Source of the DNA: a virus
Taxonomy: Duplodnaviria > Caudoviricetes
Reading direction: 5' to 3' (one strand)
IMG/VR virus record: IMGVR_UViG_3300044676_001103
Location: 1 to 36,316 of that record
Length of the DNA: 36,316 nt
The position numbers and the translations under genes were made by a program. This document shows, one piece after another, positions 6,655 to 15,138 of this stretch. Numbering within the stretch: position 1 is the first letter of the stretch; the number at the start of each line of letters is the position of its first letter. The notes beneath the pieces were generated by a model. It did not search any database. It saw only the letters and a list, made by a program, of their open reading frames with translations, and was not told the origin of the DNA.

Positions 6655-8408
6655 ACTCTACGTCTTATTCTAACTGGTACGACTTGCACACTAGCCACAA
6701 TTTGCGAAGCTATGATCACTGGAACTACGACTTCCTGTGCTTTTTCTTTTTGTGTAGAGGTCATTGTGTCACCTAATGTTGTAAAATCTATTGCAGCTAT
6801 ATCTATATCTGTAAATGCACCAATAGGATCAGCGAGGAACTCTTCTGTTTGTATCTCTGTTACTACATCAGCAAGGTTATAATCTTCTACGTCAGCGTTT
6901 TCTACTGCACGTTCTACATACTCTTCTACTGCTTCTGCAACAGCTTTGTCTTCTTTAACTGCTTCAGCTATAATCTGTACGTCTTCTGGTTCTTCTAAGT
7001 TAAGAACTTCTTGTACAACTTCTACTTGTTCTTCTGTTAATACTTCTTCTGTAGCTATAGTTATAACTTCTTGTATAACTTTGCTTACAACTTCAAGTAC
7101 ATCTTCGCTAACTTCTGTAAGATTTTCCACTCCGACATCAGCAACTTCAGTAAGTACTTCGATAACCTGCTCTGTTTCAAGATCTTCTACCTCTACTTCC
7201 TTTATGTCTTCTACAAGATCTTGTACAGTTTGCCCTTCAGGCTTTTCTGGCTCTTCTTCTGGTTCCAGTATGATCTCTTTTGTCTCTTCAATTTCTTCCT
7301 CCTCTTTTATTTCTTCTTCTTTATTATCTTCGTCTTTGACATCTTCCTCTTGAACTCCCTCTTCTCTGATGTCGTCATCTCCTGGTATCTCTTGATCCAA
7401 CTCATCTTCTATAATTTCCTCTTTAGGTTCATCAATAGGATCCTCATCTTTATCTTGAATGACCACTTCAGGTACCACAACATCATCATCAGGAATGACT
7501 TCTTCGGTATCTGGTTGTTCTTTTTCATCTTCTTCTATTATAACTTCTTCTTCTTTTTCTTCTACTACTTCTTCTTCAATAACCTTTTCCTCTTCTTCTG
7601 GTATGTCACAATCACCACGATCTATTTGTGCGTCTGTCATGTAACAACCATACTTATCTTCATTAGCTTTACGTTGATTATCACGATCTACAGTTCCATC
7701 ATCTACTTCTGTTTTAGTATATTCTGATGTACTACCGTCATCATTTACTACTACATACAAAGTAGTAGTTGTTGTAGGTGGCGGAGGCGGTGGAGGAGGT
7801 GGAGGTGGTTCTGTTGTAGTTGTAGTACTGCTAGTAGTTGTAGTTTCTTCTTCTACTACTTCTTCTTGTGCTGCAGCTTCTGTTGTTGGAGGTAATGTGC
7901 TGCTTGTTGTTGTTGTAGTTGATGTGTCATTACATGTTGTACTAGGTGTGGACCAATTTTCTACACCTACAAAAGGTTCTTGATTAGGTATATCTATTGC
8001 CATCTGTGCTGTTAGTGTGCTAAAACTATTGTCAGTGTCATTGTCTGATCTAATCTTTGTTCTAAAATTACCGTAAGGATTAGCAAAATATGTTTGTAGA
8101 TCAGATAAAGAAAACGTGTGATAGTTCCATTGCAAGTTACCTGTGTGTCCAAATGATGTTGATACACAAAAACTATTTGTAGTTACATCATTATCAATGT
8201 CAAAAAATATAGTGTATTTTTCTGGTGGACTATCTTCAAAACCATCTGATGTATATATACCTATTTTTATGTCACCGTTTGTTGTGTCTATTTCAATAGA
8301 TTGATTGTATGGTGGTTGTGTAGGTACATGATCTGCAAGTACAGGAAAAGGAATTACTAAGAACGCAACAATACATAAGCGTACAAGTGTATTAAATTTG
8401 TGTAGCAC
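6651..8408 (-). CDS. Large acidic exported/membrane-anchored protein
   Basis: Signal-peptide-like N-terminus (..FPVLA-DH), globular domain, poly-T/poly-P linker, very E/D-rich stalk, C-terminal hydrophobic helix followed by RIRRRV. Confidence 0.85.
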   Translation of the reverse strand: MLHKFNTLVRLCIVAFLVIPFPVLADHVPTQPPYNQSIEIDTTNGDIKIGIYTSDGFEDSPPEKYTIFFDIDNDVTTNSFCVSTSFGHTGNLQWNYHTFSLSDLQTYFANPYGNFRTKIRSDNDTDNSFSTLTAQMAIDIPNQEPFVGVENWSTPSTTCNDTSTTTTTSSTLPPTTEAAAQEEVVEEETTTTSSTTTTTEPPPPPPPPPPPTTTTTLYVVVNDDGSTSEYTKTEVDDGTVDRDNQRKANEDKYGCYMTDAQIDRGDCDIPEEEEKVIEEEVVEEKEEEVIIEEDEKEQPDTEEVIPDDDVVVPEVVIQDKDEDPIDEPKEEIIEDELDQEIPGDDDIREEGVQEEDVKDEDNKEEEIKEEEEIEETKEIILEPEEEPEKPEGQTVQDLVEDIKEVEVEDLETEQVIEVLTEVADVGVENLTEVSEDVLEVVSKVIQEVITIATEEVLTEEQVEVVQEVLNLEEPEDVQIIAEAVKEDKAVAEAVEEYVERAVENADVEDYNLADVVTEIQTEEFLADPIGAFTDIDIAAIDFTTLGDTMTSTQKEKAQEVVVPVIIASQIVASVQVVPVRIRRRV

Positions 8409-8413
8409 GGAAC

Positions 8414-8458
8414 TTACTTAGTTCCGCAACAACCACCATTGCCACCGCAACATGCCAT
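8414..8458 (-). CDS. 14-aa Cys-rich micropeptide MACCGGNGGCCGTK (not in ORF track)
   Basis: ATG overlaps the upstream TAA. Stop lies 5 nt before the GTG of the next gene. Fills the gap. Confidence 0.6.
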   Translation of the reverse strand: MACCGGNGGCCGTK

Positions 8459-8730
8459 TATATTTCTCTCCCATTCATATCATTATGTGTCTTACTATCT
8501 AAGATACCGAATGCCTGGTTGACTTCTTCAAATGTAAGTTTGCCGTCATTAAGATATTTTCTAGCAAGTATTTCTAGGACATTAGCTACGCCTAGTAGTC
8601 CTGCAAGTAATGATGACTGTATGACATCTATTCCTATTAAACTACCTGCACCAATAACACTCAATGCCTGTGCTATAAATACAGCAATCATGCGTTTTGA
8701 TATATTCCAGTACAATGCGTAGCCGTCCAT
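8458..8730 (-). CDS. Small membrane protein, holin-like
   Basis: Hydrophobic segments IAVFIAQALSVIGAGSLIGI and LLAGLLGVANVL, then DGKLT.EEVN.AF. Confidence 0.8.
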   Translation of the reverse strand: MDGYALYWNISKRMIAVFIAQALSVIGAGSLIGIDVIQSSLLAGLLGVANVLEILARKYLNDGKLTFEEVNQAFGILDSKTHNDMNGREI

Positions 8731-8732
8731 TA

Positions 8733-8918
8733 TTACATTATACTATTTAAGAATGCAGCACTACTGGTTATTGCAACAAGCCAACCTAAAATTTCTTGAC
8801 GTGATGGTGACTTATTTATTTTTTCGTGTAGTTCATCAATACGCTTATTAGCAATATCAATTTCTTCTTTAATTAATTGCAAATATTCTTTAGTTGTAAA
8901 TCCGTTGCCGTTTGACAT
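8733..8918 (-). CDS. Coiled-coil protein with C-terminal TM (XhlA-like architecture)
   Basis: IDIANKRIDELHEKIN heptads followed by a hydrophobic tail. Confidence 0.75.
   Translation of the reverse strand: MSNGNGFTTKEYLQLIKEEIDIANKRIDELHEKINKSPSRQEILGWLVAITSSAAFLNSIM
8737..8742 (-). promoter_or_regulatory. -10 box for leaderless transcript
   Basis: TATAAT exactly 6 nt before ATG 8730. No SD. Confidence 0.45.
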
Positions 8919-9067
8919 TATGGTAAATCATCTTCCCTAAGATCTATCCAATCCCATTCTTCCTTGTAAGTATACCTATTGTCAAAATCGTAATTAGATA
9001 AATTGTTAAGTAAGACTAAAAATTTATTAAATAAATAACCTAATGCAAATCCTATAACATAATCCAT
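8918..9067 (-). CDS. 49-aa single-TM protein (not in ORF track)
   Basis: MDYVIGFALGYLFNKFLVLLNNLSNYDFDNRYTYKEEWDWIDLREDDLP. Its TAA overlaps the next ATG. Confidence 0.75.
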   Translation of the reverse strand: MDYVIGFALGYLFNKFLVLLNNLSNYDFDNRYTYKEEWDWIDLREDDLP

Positions 9068-9073
9068 TTGTGA

Positions 9074-9082
9074 ATTGTATCA
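9074..9082 (-). promoter_or_regulatory. Extended -10 promoter, leaderless start
   Basis: TG-A-TACAAT followed by 6 nt and then ATG 9067. Confidence 0.6.
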
Positions 9083-9087
9083 CAAGG

Positions 9088-9813
9088 TTATAAATCTTTT
9101 TTAATTTTATGCCATTTGTTGCTGTTTGCGTGTAAATAAGTAGATTTAGTTTGTTGTTTTTTGTAAAACTTTTCATCATATTGGCGTACATTTAAATTTA
9201 AAGTTTCTTCTTTTTTGTATGGAGTAAGCATAAGTAACGGATCACCTGCGTTAATAACAAATTTAGTTTTTACATCTTTTGTATCTGTAATAAACTCAAA
9301 TGGAAAATTTGTTTCGTGCCATATATCTGTTTCTACCATGCCAGGTAACAATCTAATATTTTTTCTGTGATGATAAAAAGGGTCACGAAAAGCTGTACCA
9401 TATCCTTCTACAGTTTCAATAAAATATGGTGACATAAGTTTTAAAACTCCATAATTGTATAGTGTATTTAAATTCATCATTTTTGTTTGTTCTGCATGAT
9501 GATTACTAATCCAACCAAAAGGTGGTTTAACTACATTACCTACTGAAAATTCCCAATTAACAATATTATCTTTAATTTCAAAAAACATATCAGACCATGC
9601 AGGTATTACTATTCCATTAGTTATCTCCTCTTGTATTGCAGGACAATTTTTAGCATGAGGTGGTGTGCCATCTGAACCAAAACTTTCTAAACTGTTTGCA
9701 ATTTTATTTTTTTTATACCATTCAGGTAAAAATTTATTAGCAGGTTGTGGTGGAAAATTATTAATTATTGTTTCAAATTCTAAAGTTCTAGGATATATAT
9801 TTATATCTATCAT
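9088..9813 (-). CDS. DUF6065-like protein
   Basis: PEWYK, KNCPAI, GIVIPAWSD, LLPGMVETDIWH, NFPF and INAGDPL motifs. Confidence 0.65.
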   Translation of the reverse strand: MIDINIYPRTLEFETIINNFPPQPANKFLPEWYKKNKIANSLESFGSDGTPPHAKNCPAIQEEITNGIVIPAWSDMFFEIKDNIVNWEFSVGNVVKPPFGWISNHHAEQTKMMNLNTLYNYGVLKLMSPYFIETVEGYGTAFRDPFYHHRKNIRLLPGMVETDIWHETNFPFEFITDTKDVKTKFVINAGDPLLMLTPYKKEETLNLNVRQYDEKFYKKQQTKSTYLHANSNKWHKIKKDL

Positions 9814-10490
9814 AATAATTTTTTTGGTCTGCGACTTTTAATATCTTCGTATAAATTCATTATACCTTTTCTGTAATTAACAATACCTGTAATTTGTTTT
9901 TTATATTTATAAATTTTATCTGTCATTTCTGTGTACTTTAAATGTATTTGTTTATTAAATACAAACATTAACATAGGTACATTTACAAATAACTCAACTG
10001 TTGCAGGTTTACTATTATCTAATAACACTAAAGCAACATTTAAATGTCTAACCCAATCTTTAATATATAGTTCTCCACTTACATAAGAACAATTATTGTA
10101 GTTTAATGGTGGAGGAACTGTCATAACACTTACATCTTTAGTATCTGTTACAAAAGCGTAAGGTGTTAAGAACTGAATACTCATTACATTATTTGAATAT
10201 TGTAACTCTAAATTTTTTTGTAAAATGTTATGTACTTGTTCTACTTCTTTGTGTACTTTAGTATCAAATTCATAATGATAATATGGTTCGTTATTTTTTA
10301 AACCAAATTCTAATTTAAAACTTATAGGAGAATTTACATAAAATAATTTTTTGCTAGTAGAAGAAACAGCAGGGCAACCTAATTGTTTTACATTATTGTA
10401 TTCTTTTATATTAGAATAAATACCTTTAGGAAAATCATTAGTATTAATAATATATTTAACTGGTATTAATTTATTTTTAGGAAATAACAT
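9810..10490 (-). CDS. Diverged DUF6065-like paralogue
   Basis: GCPAV, VNSPI, VSGELYIKDWVRHLN motifs. AGGTGG RBS. Very AT-rich. Confidence 0.55.
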   Translation of the reverse strand: MLFPKNKLIPVKYIINTNDFPKGIYSNIKEYNNVKQLGCPAVSSTSKKLFYVNSPISFKLEFGLKNNEPYYHYEFDTKVHKEVEQVHNILQKNLELQYSNNVMSIQFLTPYAFVTDTKDVSVMTVPPPLNYNNCSYVSGELYIKDWVRHLNVALVLLDNSKPATVELFVNVPMLMFVFNKQIHLKYTEMTDKIYKYKKQITGIVNYRKGIMNLYEDIKSRRPKKLL

Positions 10491-10508
10491 AATCCACCTT
10501 TCTGTTAT

Positions 10509-10979
10509 TTAAGCTGTTTCCCACCCTTGTGTATTATCTGCTTGATATGCTTCATCATTCCATGTATAAGCATTTTCATTATCAGGAACTGGTATAGGAG
10601 GTTTCCACTTATTATGTTCATCTAATACATAACTAGCATGTGGTTTAGGTTGTAGATATTTACCTTCATCTGCATTCCACTCTGTTTCACTAGCAACAAA
10701 AACATCATTGACAGGGTCATAGGCATTACCTATTGTTGCAAAATGACCTCTAAATGTTTTACTTTGGTCCTCTGATAATTCACCTTTTTCATCATAATGT
10801 TTATAATATTTTGTATTATAAGATGTTCTTTTTACAGATGTTGCTTCACTATATTTATCTAAATAGAATGCTTCCCAATCTGCAAAACCTTCAGGCAAAG
10901 CATCTGTATCTGTTTCATCTCTACCAACAATAACACTTATAACAATATTATTTTCATCTAATAATGCGTAGTGTGCCAT
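10509..10979 (-). CDS. Tail-fibre-associated protein, putative assembly chaperone
   Basis: MAHYALLDENNIV..VIVG, TSYNT, FRGHFA.IG..YD...DVF, W.PPIP.P..Y.W motifs common next to Gly-rich fibre genes in aquatic phages. Confidence 0.75.
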   Translation of the reverse strand: MAHYALLDENNIVISVIVGRDETDTDALPEGFADWEAFYLDKYSEATSVKRTSYNTKYYKHYDEKGELSEDQSKTFRGHFATIGNAYDPVNDVFVASETEWNADEGKYLQPKPHASYVLDEHNKWKPPIPVPDNENAYTWNDEAYQADNTQGWETA

Positions 10980-11926
10980 TATGACTTACTCCAACTAATG
11001 TTATCTCCACCTGCTGTAATTTTTGTAATTTTATATTTACCATCTTCAGTAGTAATAGTAGTTCCTGTGTTTGTTCCTAAAGATATTGTTAATTCAGCAG
11101 GATATTGTATAGCTATTGCACCTGCAGAACCACCTGCACCTGCACCACCACCTGAACCTGCACCACCACCGCCACCTACACCTACTACAGCAGGTCTACC
11201 TGCTGTGTTAGAAGAATATGCACCTGATGGTCCTTCAATACTTACTTTACCTTGAAGTAAATAACTATCTGTACCATTGTTTAAAGCATTAGCATGTGTG
11301 TAACCTTGTACTAAGTTAGCACTGTCACCTGCAGTTGAAAAAGTACCACCATTACCACCTGCGTTTATTGAGCCAGTTCCACCATTATTACCTTGTGAAC
11401 CTGAATTTCCTCCTGCATTTGCTGAGTTACCATAACTTTCTCCTGCACCACCACCTGAAGCATTAGCACTATCTGCATTAGCAGAGTTTTTTAAAGCTCC
11501 TGAACCACCTGCAGAACCATAAGCAGTTTCAGTGCCATCATCTGTAACTAAAGTAGTATCACCACCTACACCACCATCACCTGCTGCATTATTAGCACCA
11601 TTATTATTTCCTGTACCACCACCACCTGAACCACCTGAACCTACAGTTACAGCGTAGTTAGTTCCTATTGTAAATTTAGCTTGGTCTGATACTGTGAGCA
11701 TTCCACCACCACCACCGCCACCACCTGATTTGTATGGTACGCCATGTTGGTGAAAGCCACCTCCACCACCACCTCCACCACCTAATAAAGTGTAGGAAGC
11801 TATGATTTTGTCACTTTCATATTCATTTAAATTTGTAAATTCAGCAACTTCATCTATAGAAAAAACACCACTTGATGAGTGTCTTTTTTGTTCAGAAGGT
11901 TTGCCTATATAACCACGATCAGACAT
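10979..11926 (-). CDS. Glycine-rich tail fibre / receptor-binding protein
   Basis: SGVFSIDE N-terminal motif, GGGGGG runs, Y.VTVG.GG.G and G..G.IAIQYP motifs. Confidence 0.8.
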   Translation of the reverse strand: MSDRGYIGKPSEQKRHSSSGVFSIDEVAEFTNLNEYESDKIIASYTLLGGGGGGGGGFHQHGVPYKSGGGGGGGGMLTVSDQAKFTIGTNYAVTVGSGGSGGGGTGNNNGANNAAGDGGVGGDTTLVTDDGTETAYGSAGGSGALKNSANADSANASGGGAGESYGNSANAGGNSGSQGNNGGTGSINAGGNGGTFSTAGDSANLVQGYTHANALNNGTDSYLLQGKVSIEGPSGAYSSNTAGRPAVVGVGGGGGAGSGGGAGAGGSAGAIAIQYPAELTISLGTNTGTTITTEDGKYKITKITAGGDNISWSKS

Positions 11927-11933
11927 TGTTCTC

Positions 11934-12278
11934 CTATGCTGTAATTTCTAATGCTGACAAATATGCTTCAAGATCTCCTGAAGCTGCTACACCTTGCAAT
12001 TTAATTTGCTCACCTTGTCCTAAAACAATTTTGCTAGAACCTGCTAATTCAACTGATGTTTCTGCAGCAACTGCAAGAGTTGAAGCTATTGCCGCTCTTT
12101 TAGTTGTGCCATCACTTTCATATATATTTGCTGTAATTTTGTCTGAAGCACTACCGTCTATGTTGGTAATACGTAAAGATAAAACTATAGCAATATCTCC
12201 TGATGAGCTAGGTGCAGTGTATATAAGAGTTTCAGAAGATGTTACTGCTTGTGAAGCTCTATTAAATGTTTCTGCCAT
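11934..12278 (-). CDS. Tail fibre adaptor-like beta-sandwich protein
   Basis: IYTAPS..IVLSLRITN..KIVL..GE.I..S.LEIT pattern of small fibre-associated virion proteins. Confidence 0.7.
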   Translation of the reverse strand: MAETFNRASQAVTSSETLIYTAPSSSGDIAIVLSLRITNIDGSASDKITANIYESDGTTKRAAIASTLAVAAETSVELAGSSKIVLGQGEQIKLQGVAASGDLEAYLSALEITA

Positions 12279-12301
12279 ATTCTATTTCTCCTAGTAGTTA
12301 A

Positions 12302-12508
12302 TTAACTATCTCCCATAACTATAGCACGCGCCATTGTGTCTGTGCTTGTGTTAGTAGTAGATAGCGCTTCCATTATTGTCCTAAACGCAAGTGATATTCC
12401 TGCACCTCCTGCGTCTGGTAATAAATCTATATCTTCATCTATAGGTAAGTTACCTATAGTGTCTATTATTAATGATCCGCCTTCTTTAAGGACAAGTAAT
12501 ATTCCCAC
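12302..12508 (-). CDS. Small tail-associated protein (68 aa)
   Basis: AGGAGG RBS, GTG start. C-terminal ARAIVMG resembles the LAIALG end of the upstream protein. Confidence 0.65.
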   Translation of the reverse strand: MGILLVLKEGGSLIIDTIGNLPIDEDIDLLPDAGGAGISLAFRTIMEALSTTNTSTDTMARAIVMGDS

Positions 12509-12509
12509 T

Positions 12510-13124
12510 TTATCCTCCTAATGCAATAGCAAGACCTATACTTGCTTTTGTATCTACGTATGCTTTGATAGATTGCTGTGTTGCACCTTGTGTTGAACTA
12601 TTGGAAGCCATATCATCTTCATCTAACAATGTAGGTGCTGCTGCGTCTACGTAAGATTTATTAGCTGCGTCACCACTTGCTGCAGGTGTAGTAAGGTTTG
12701 TAATTTTATTGTTATTAGCGTCTAAGTTTGCAGCTAATTTAGGAGTACCTGCTGTGCCAGATGAATAAGTAACATCTACTACTTGACCTAATGCGTCAAA
12801 TATATCTTCAAATAATTGTTGTACAGGCACCATACGTACCTTAGAATTTTGTGGGTGTGACAAACCTGAAGCTGCTGCTGATCCTGTTAAATATCTGTTA
12901 TCTGCTGTAGATGTAACTAATTGTGTAGCTGTAAATGTACCATCAAAAAATACATACTCTCTTTGTGTAGCACTGTCTGGTTCTATAACCAAATAACATG
13001 GACTTGTTAATCCTGATGTTGAAGCTACTGTTGCTGTAGTATCACTAGCACCAAACGTACTTGATAATGTAGTTTCAAATGCGTTACGTGTAAATGTCTC
13101 TGCTGCTTTTCTTGTATCTGCCAT
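12510..13124 (-). CDS. Proximal tail fibre protein
   Basis: TTLSS..ASDTT.TVASTSGL N-terminus, NKITNLTTP...DAANKSYVD and TQQSIKAYVD fibre repeats, C-terminal GLAIALGG. Confidence 0.8.
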   Translation of the reverse strand: MADTRKAAETFTRNAFETTLSSTFGASDTTATVASTSGLTSPCYLVIEPDSATQREYVFFDGTFTATQLVTSTADNRYLTGSAAASGLSHPQNSKVRMVPVQQLFEDIFDALGQVVDVTYSSGTAGTPKLAANLDANNNKITNLTTPAASGDAANKSYVDAAAPTLLDEDDMASNSSTQGATQQSIKAYVDTKASIGLAIALGG

Positions 13125-13143
13125 ATTCTAAATTCTCCTTGTT

Positions 13144-13152
13144 AGTATATCA
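13144..13152 (-). promoter_or_regulatory. Extended -10 promoter for fibre genes
   Basis: TG-A-TATACT, where the TGA is the upstream stop codon. AAGGAG RBS follows. Confidence 0.5.
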
Positions 13153-15138
13153 CACACCATATTGGTGTATTCCTAATCTTCCAATACCAAGTGCGCCTAA
13201 TGATGATACTTCACCAGTGCCTGCTGCTTGTCTTTGACCTCTAACTTGTATTGTACAAAACACCATAGTTGATCCTCTTTTAGTAATTTCTTGTACAGGA
13301 AGTGTAACGTTTTCTACAATACCTCTAATAATTTCATCAGGTTTAAACAATGTTAAAGTAACTGATTTACCTTCTAATTTTTTAACTGCGTCAAATAATT
13401 TTTTACCAATTCCAGGTATAGTTTTTGCTCGTTTACCTGGACGTTCTATACGATCAGATACGTTTATAGGTATTCTTGCAATTATATCTTCTGGTTCTGG
13501 GAATGCACGATAACTGTATGAATAAACTTCAGGACTACTTGTTCTACCACTGTCCGCATTAATTGTTAACTTAGCTACAAGCCATCTGTTTATTACATTA
13601 ATCATAGGAATTTCGTTACCACTTTGTGAGGTTTCAATTTTTGTTAAAGTTGAGTAACTTGTATCGTTTGGATTTTCTAATGCGTCAAGTTCAGTACTAA
13701 ATTCTGCTAATACACTAGATCCTGCAGGTATATTGTTAGTATAAACACGACCACCAATCCATTGTTTAGCTTGTGATGTGTAAAAATCTGCAGCAGGAAG
13801 TATAAGATAACCGTCACTAACTAATGTTGCTGCTTCTTTAATTAAACCAACACCAGTTACTAAAAAGAATAATTTACCATTAGCAATAGCAATACCTTTT
13901 ACTTTGCCTGATGTACCAGTGTAATAAATATTTCTAGCGTAACCGAATGTTGGTAAGTAAATAGAATATAGATCAGTTTCACTAGCACTGTCTATAACAC
14001 CAAAATATATTTGGTCTCTTGTATTAAAAAATGCAGTAGGACTTTTATCTACTGTTGTATCGTTATCTCCAAATTCTTTTACTAATTGTCTGTCGTCAAG
14101 TGTATACAGCACACCGTCTGTTGCGATACTTCCTCTATACACTCTACCTATTTTTCCACCACCTGCTGATGTTTGTGATGTAGAAAAGAAAACAATACCA
14201 TTGCTCTCTGTCATATCTACAATGTCTTCACCTTCAATATATGTTTGTCCTGCAAGTACTAAACCAGATGTCTCGTCATCTTTGATTGCATAAATATATC
14301 CGTCATCAGAAGCTGCAAGTATTACAGAACCACCGTCAATAATTGATGACCACAAAGATCCTGAAGGCAAATCTTTTATAAGTGGAGGACTGCTAGTTCC
14401 GTCTAGTTCATGTAAATGTCCGTCAGTATCGACAGCTAACAAATAGTTTTTGACATTAAATAATCCTGTATAGATATGTGATGAATGTAAATTCATATAA
14501 TTAGACCAACCACCTGCAATATTATCTGCGTCTAATTTTCTTACAATACTGTCTGTACCGTCATTTAAAGATACATACAATATGTGTCCTTCTAGTACCA
14601 TACCTGTTACATCAAATCCTGGTCCTGCTGAATATGGATCTGTTTGTGTCCAGGTATCTCCACTATCAGATGAATAATATACGTCATGTCCTTGTGCAAC
14701 ATACAAAACATCTTCATGTGCAATGATGTGCTGCTCTGTCTCTGTACTAGCTCTTGCAGTTACAGCAGTAGTTTCACTTAGTAACTCTATGCTGTATGCT
14801 TTACCACTGTCATCTGCATTCTTAAATACATCAATACCTTTACTATCAAAAAATCTTCTAAAGTCATTAGTGCCTTGTATTCTTTGATGTGCTTGATCTA
14901 AACCTGCACCACCAGAAAAATCAGATCGTGCAAAAGACTGACCAAACTCTGCTCTAAATTCTTCAGGCACTTGTGCTGTGTTAACTTGTTGCGCAGATAA
15001 TGGTGCAGTAGTAATAGATAATTCTCTACCTGGTGCTACTGCAAGTCTAAGTAAAATGTCTGTAATACCGTCAGATATTTGTGCCTGGTAGCCAAAAGCT
15101 AACGGATTAGTAACGTTAGAAGTTGATGGTAAAGGCAT
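13150..15138 (-). CDS. Tail nozzle / tail tubular protein B-like (beta-propeller)
   Basis: 662 aa, repeated short beta-strands, SDFSGGAG...RFFDSKGIDVF motif, position after the adaptor. Confidence 0.7.
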   Translation of the reverse strand: MPLPSTSNVTNPLAFGYQAQISDGITDILLRLAVAPGRELSITTAPLSAQQVNTAQVPEEFRAEFGQSFARSDFSGGAGLDQAHQRIQGTNDFRRFFDSKGIDVFKNADDSGKAYSIELLSETTAVTARASTETEQHIIAHEDVLYVAQGHDVYYSSDSGDTWTQTDPYSAGPGFDVTGMVLEGHILYVSLNDGTDSIVRKLDADNIAGGWSNYMNLHSSHIYTGLFNVKNYLLAVDTDGHLHELDGTSSPPLIKDLPSGSLWSSIIDGGSVILAASDDGYIYAIKDDETSGLVLAGQTYIEGEDIVDMTESNGIVFFSTSQTSAGGGKIGRVYRGSIATDGVLYTLDDRQLVKEFGDNDTTVDKSPTAFFNTRDQIYFGVIDSASETDLYSIYLPTFGYARNIYYTGTSGKVKGIAIANGKLFFLVTGVGLIKEAATLVSDGYLILPAADFYTSQAKQWIGGRVYTNNIPAGSSVLAEFSTELDALENPNDTSYSTLTKIETSQSGNEIPMINVINRWLVAKLTINADSGRTSSPEVYSYSYRAFPEPEDIIARIPINVSDRIERPGKRAKTIPGIGKKLFDAVKKLEGKSVTLTLFKPDEIIRGIVENVTLPVQEITKRGSTMVFCTIQVRGQRQAAGTGEVSSLGALGIGRLGIHQYGV

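Noticed and set aside
7745-7925. Trinucleotide-like repeats (gtt/gta/gga)
   Set aside because: They simply encode the poly-Thr and poly-Pro linker of the 585-aa protein.
12295-12308. Perfect 14-bp palindrome TAGTTAATTAACTA
   Set aside because: Almost entirely A/T, single occurrence, overlaps a stop codon, and is plausible by chance in this base composition.
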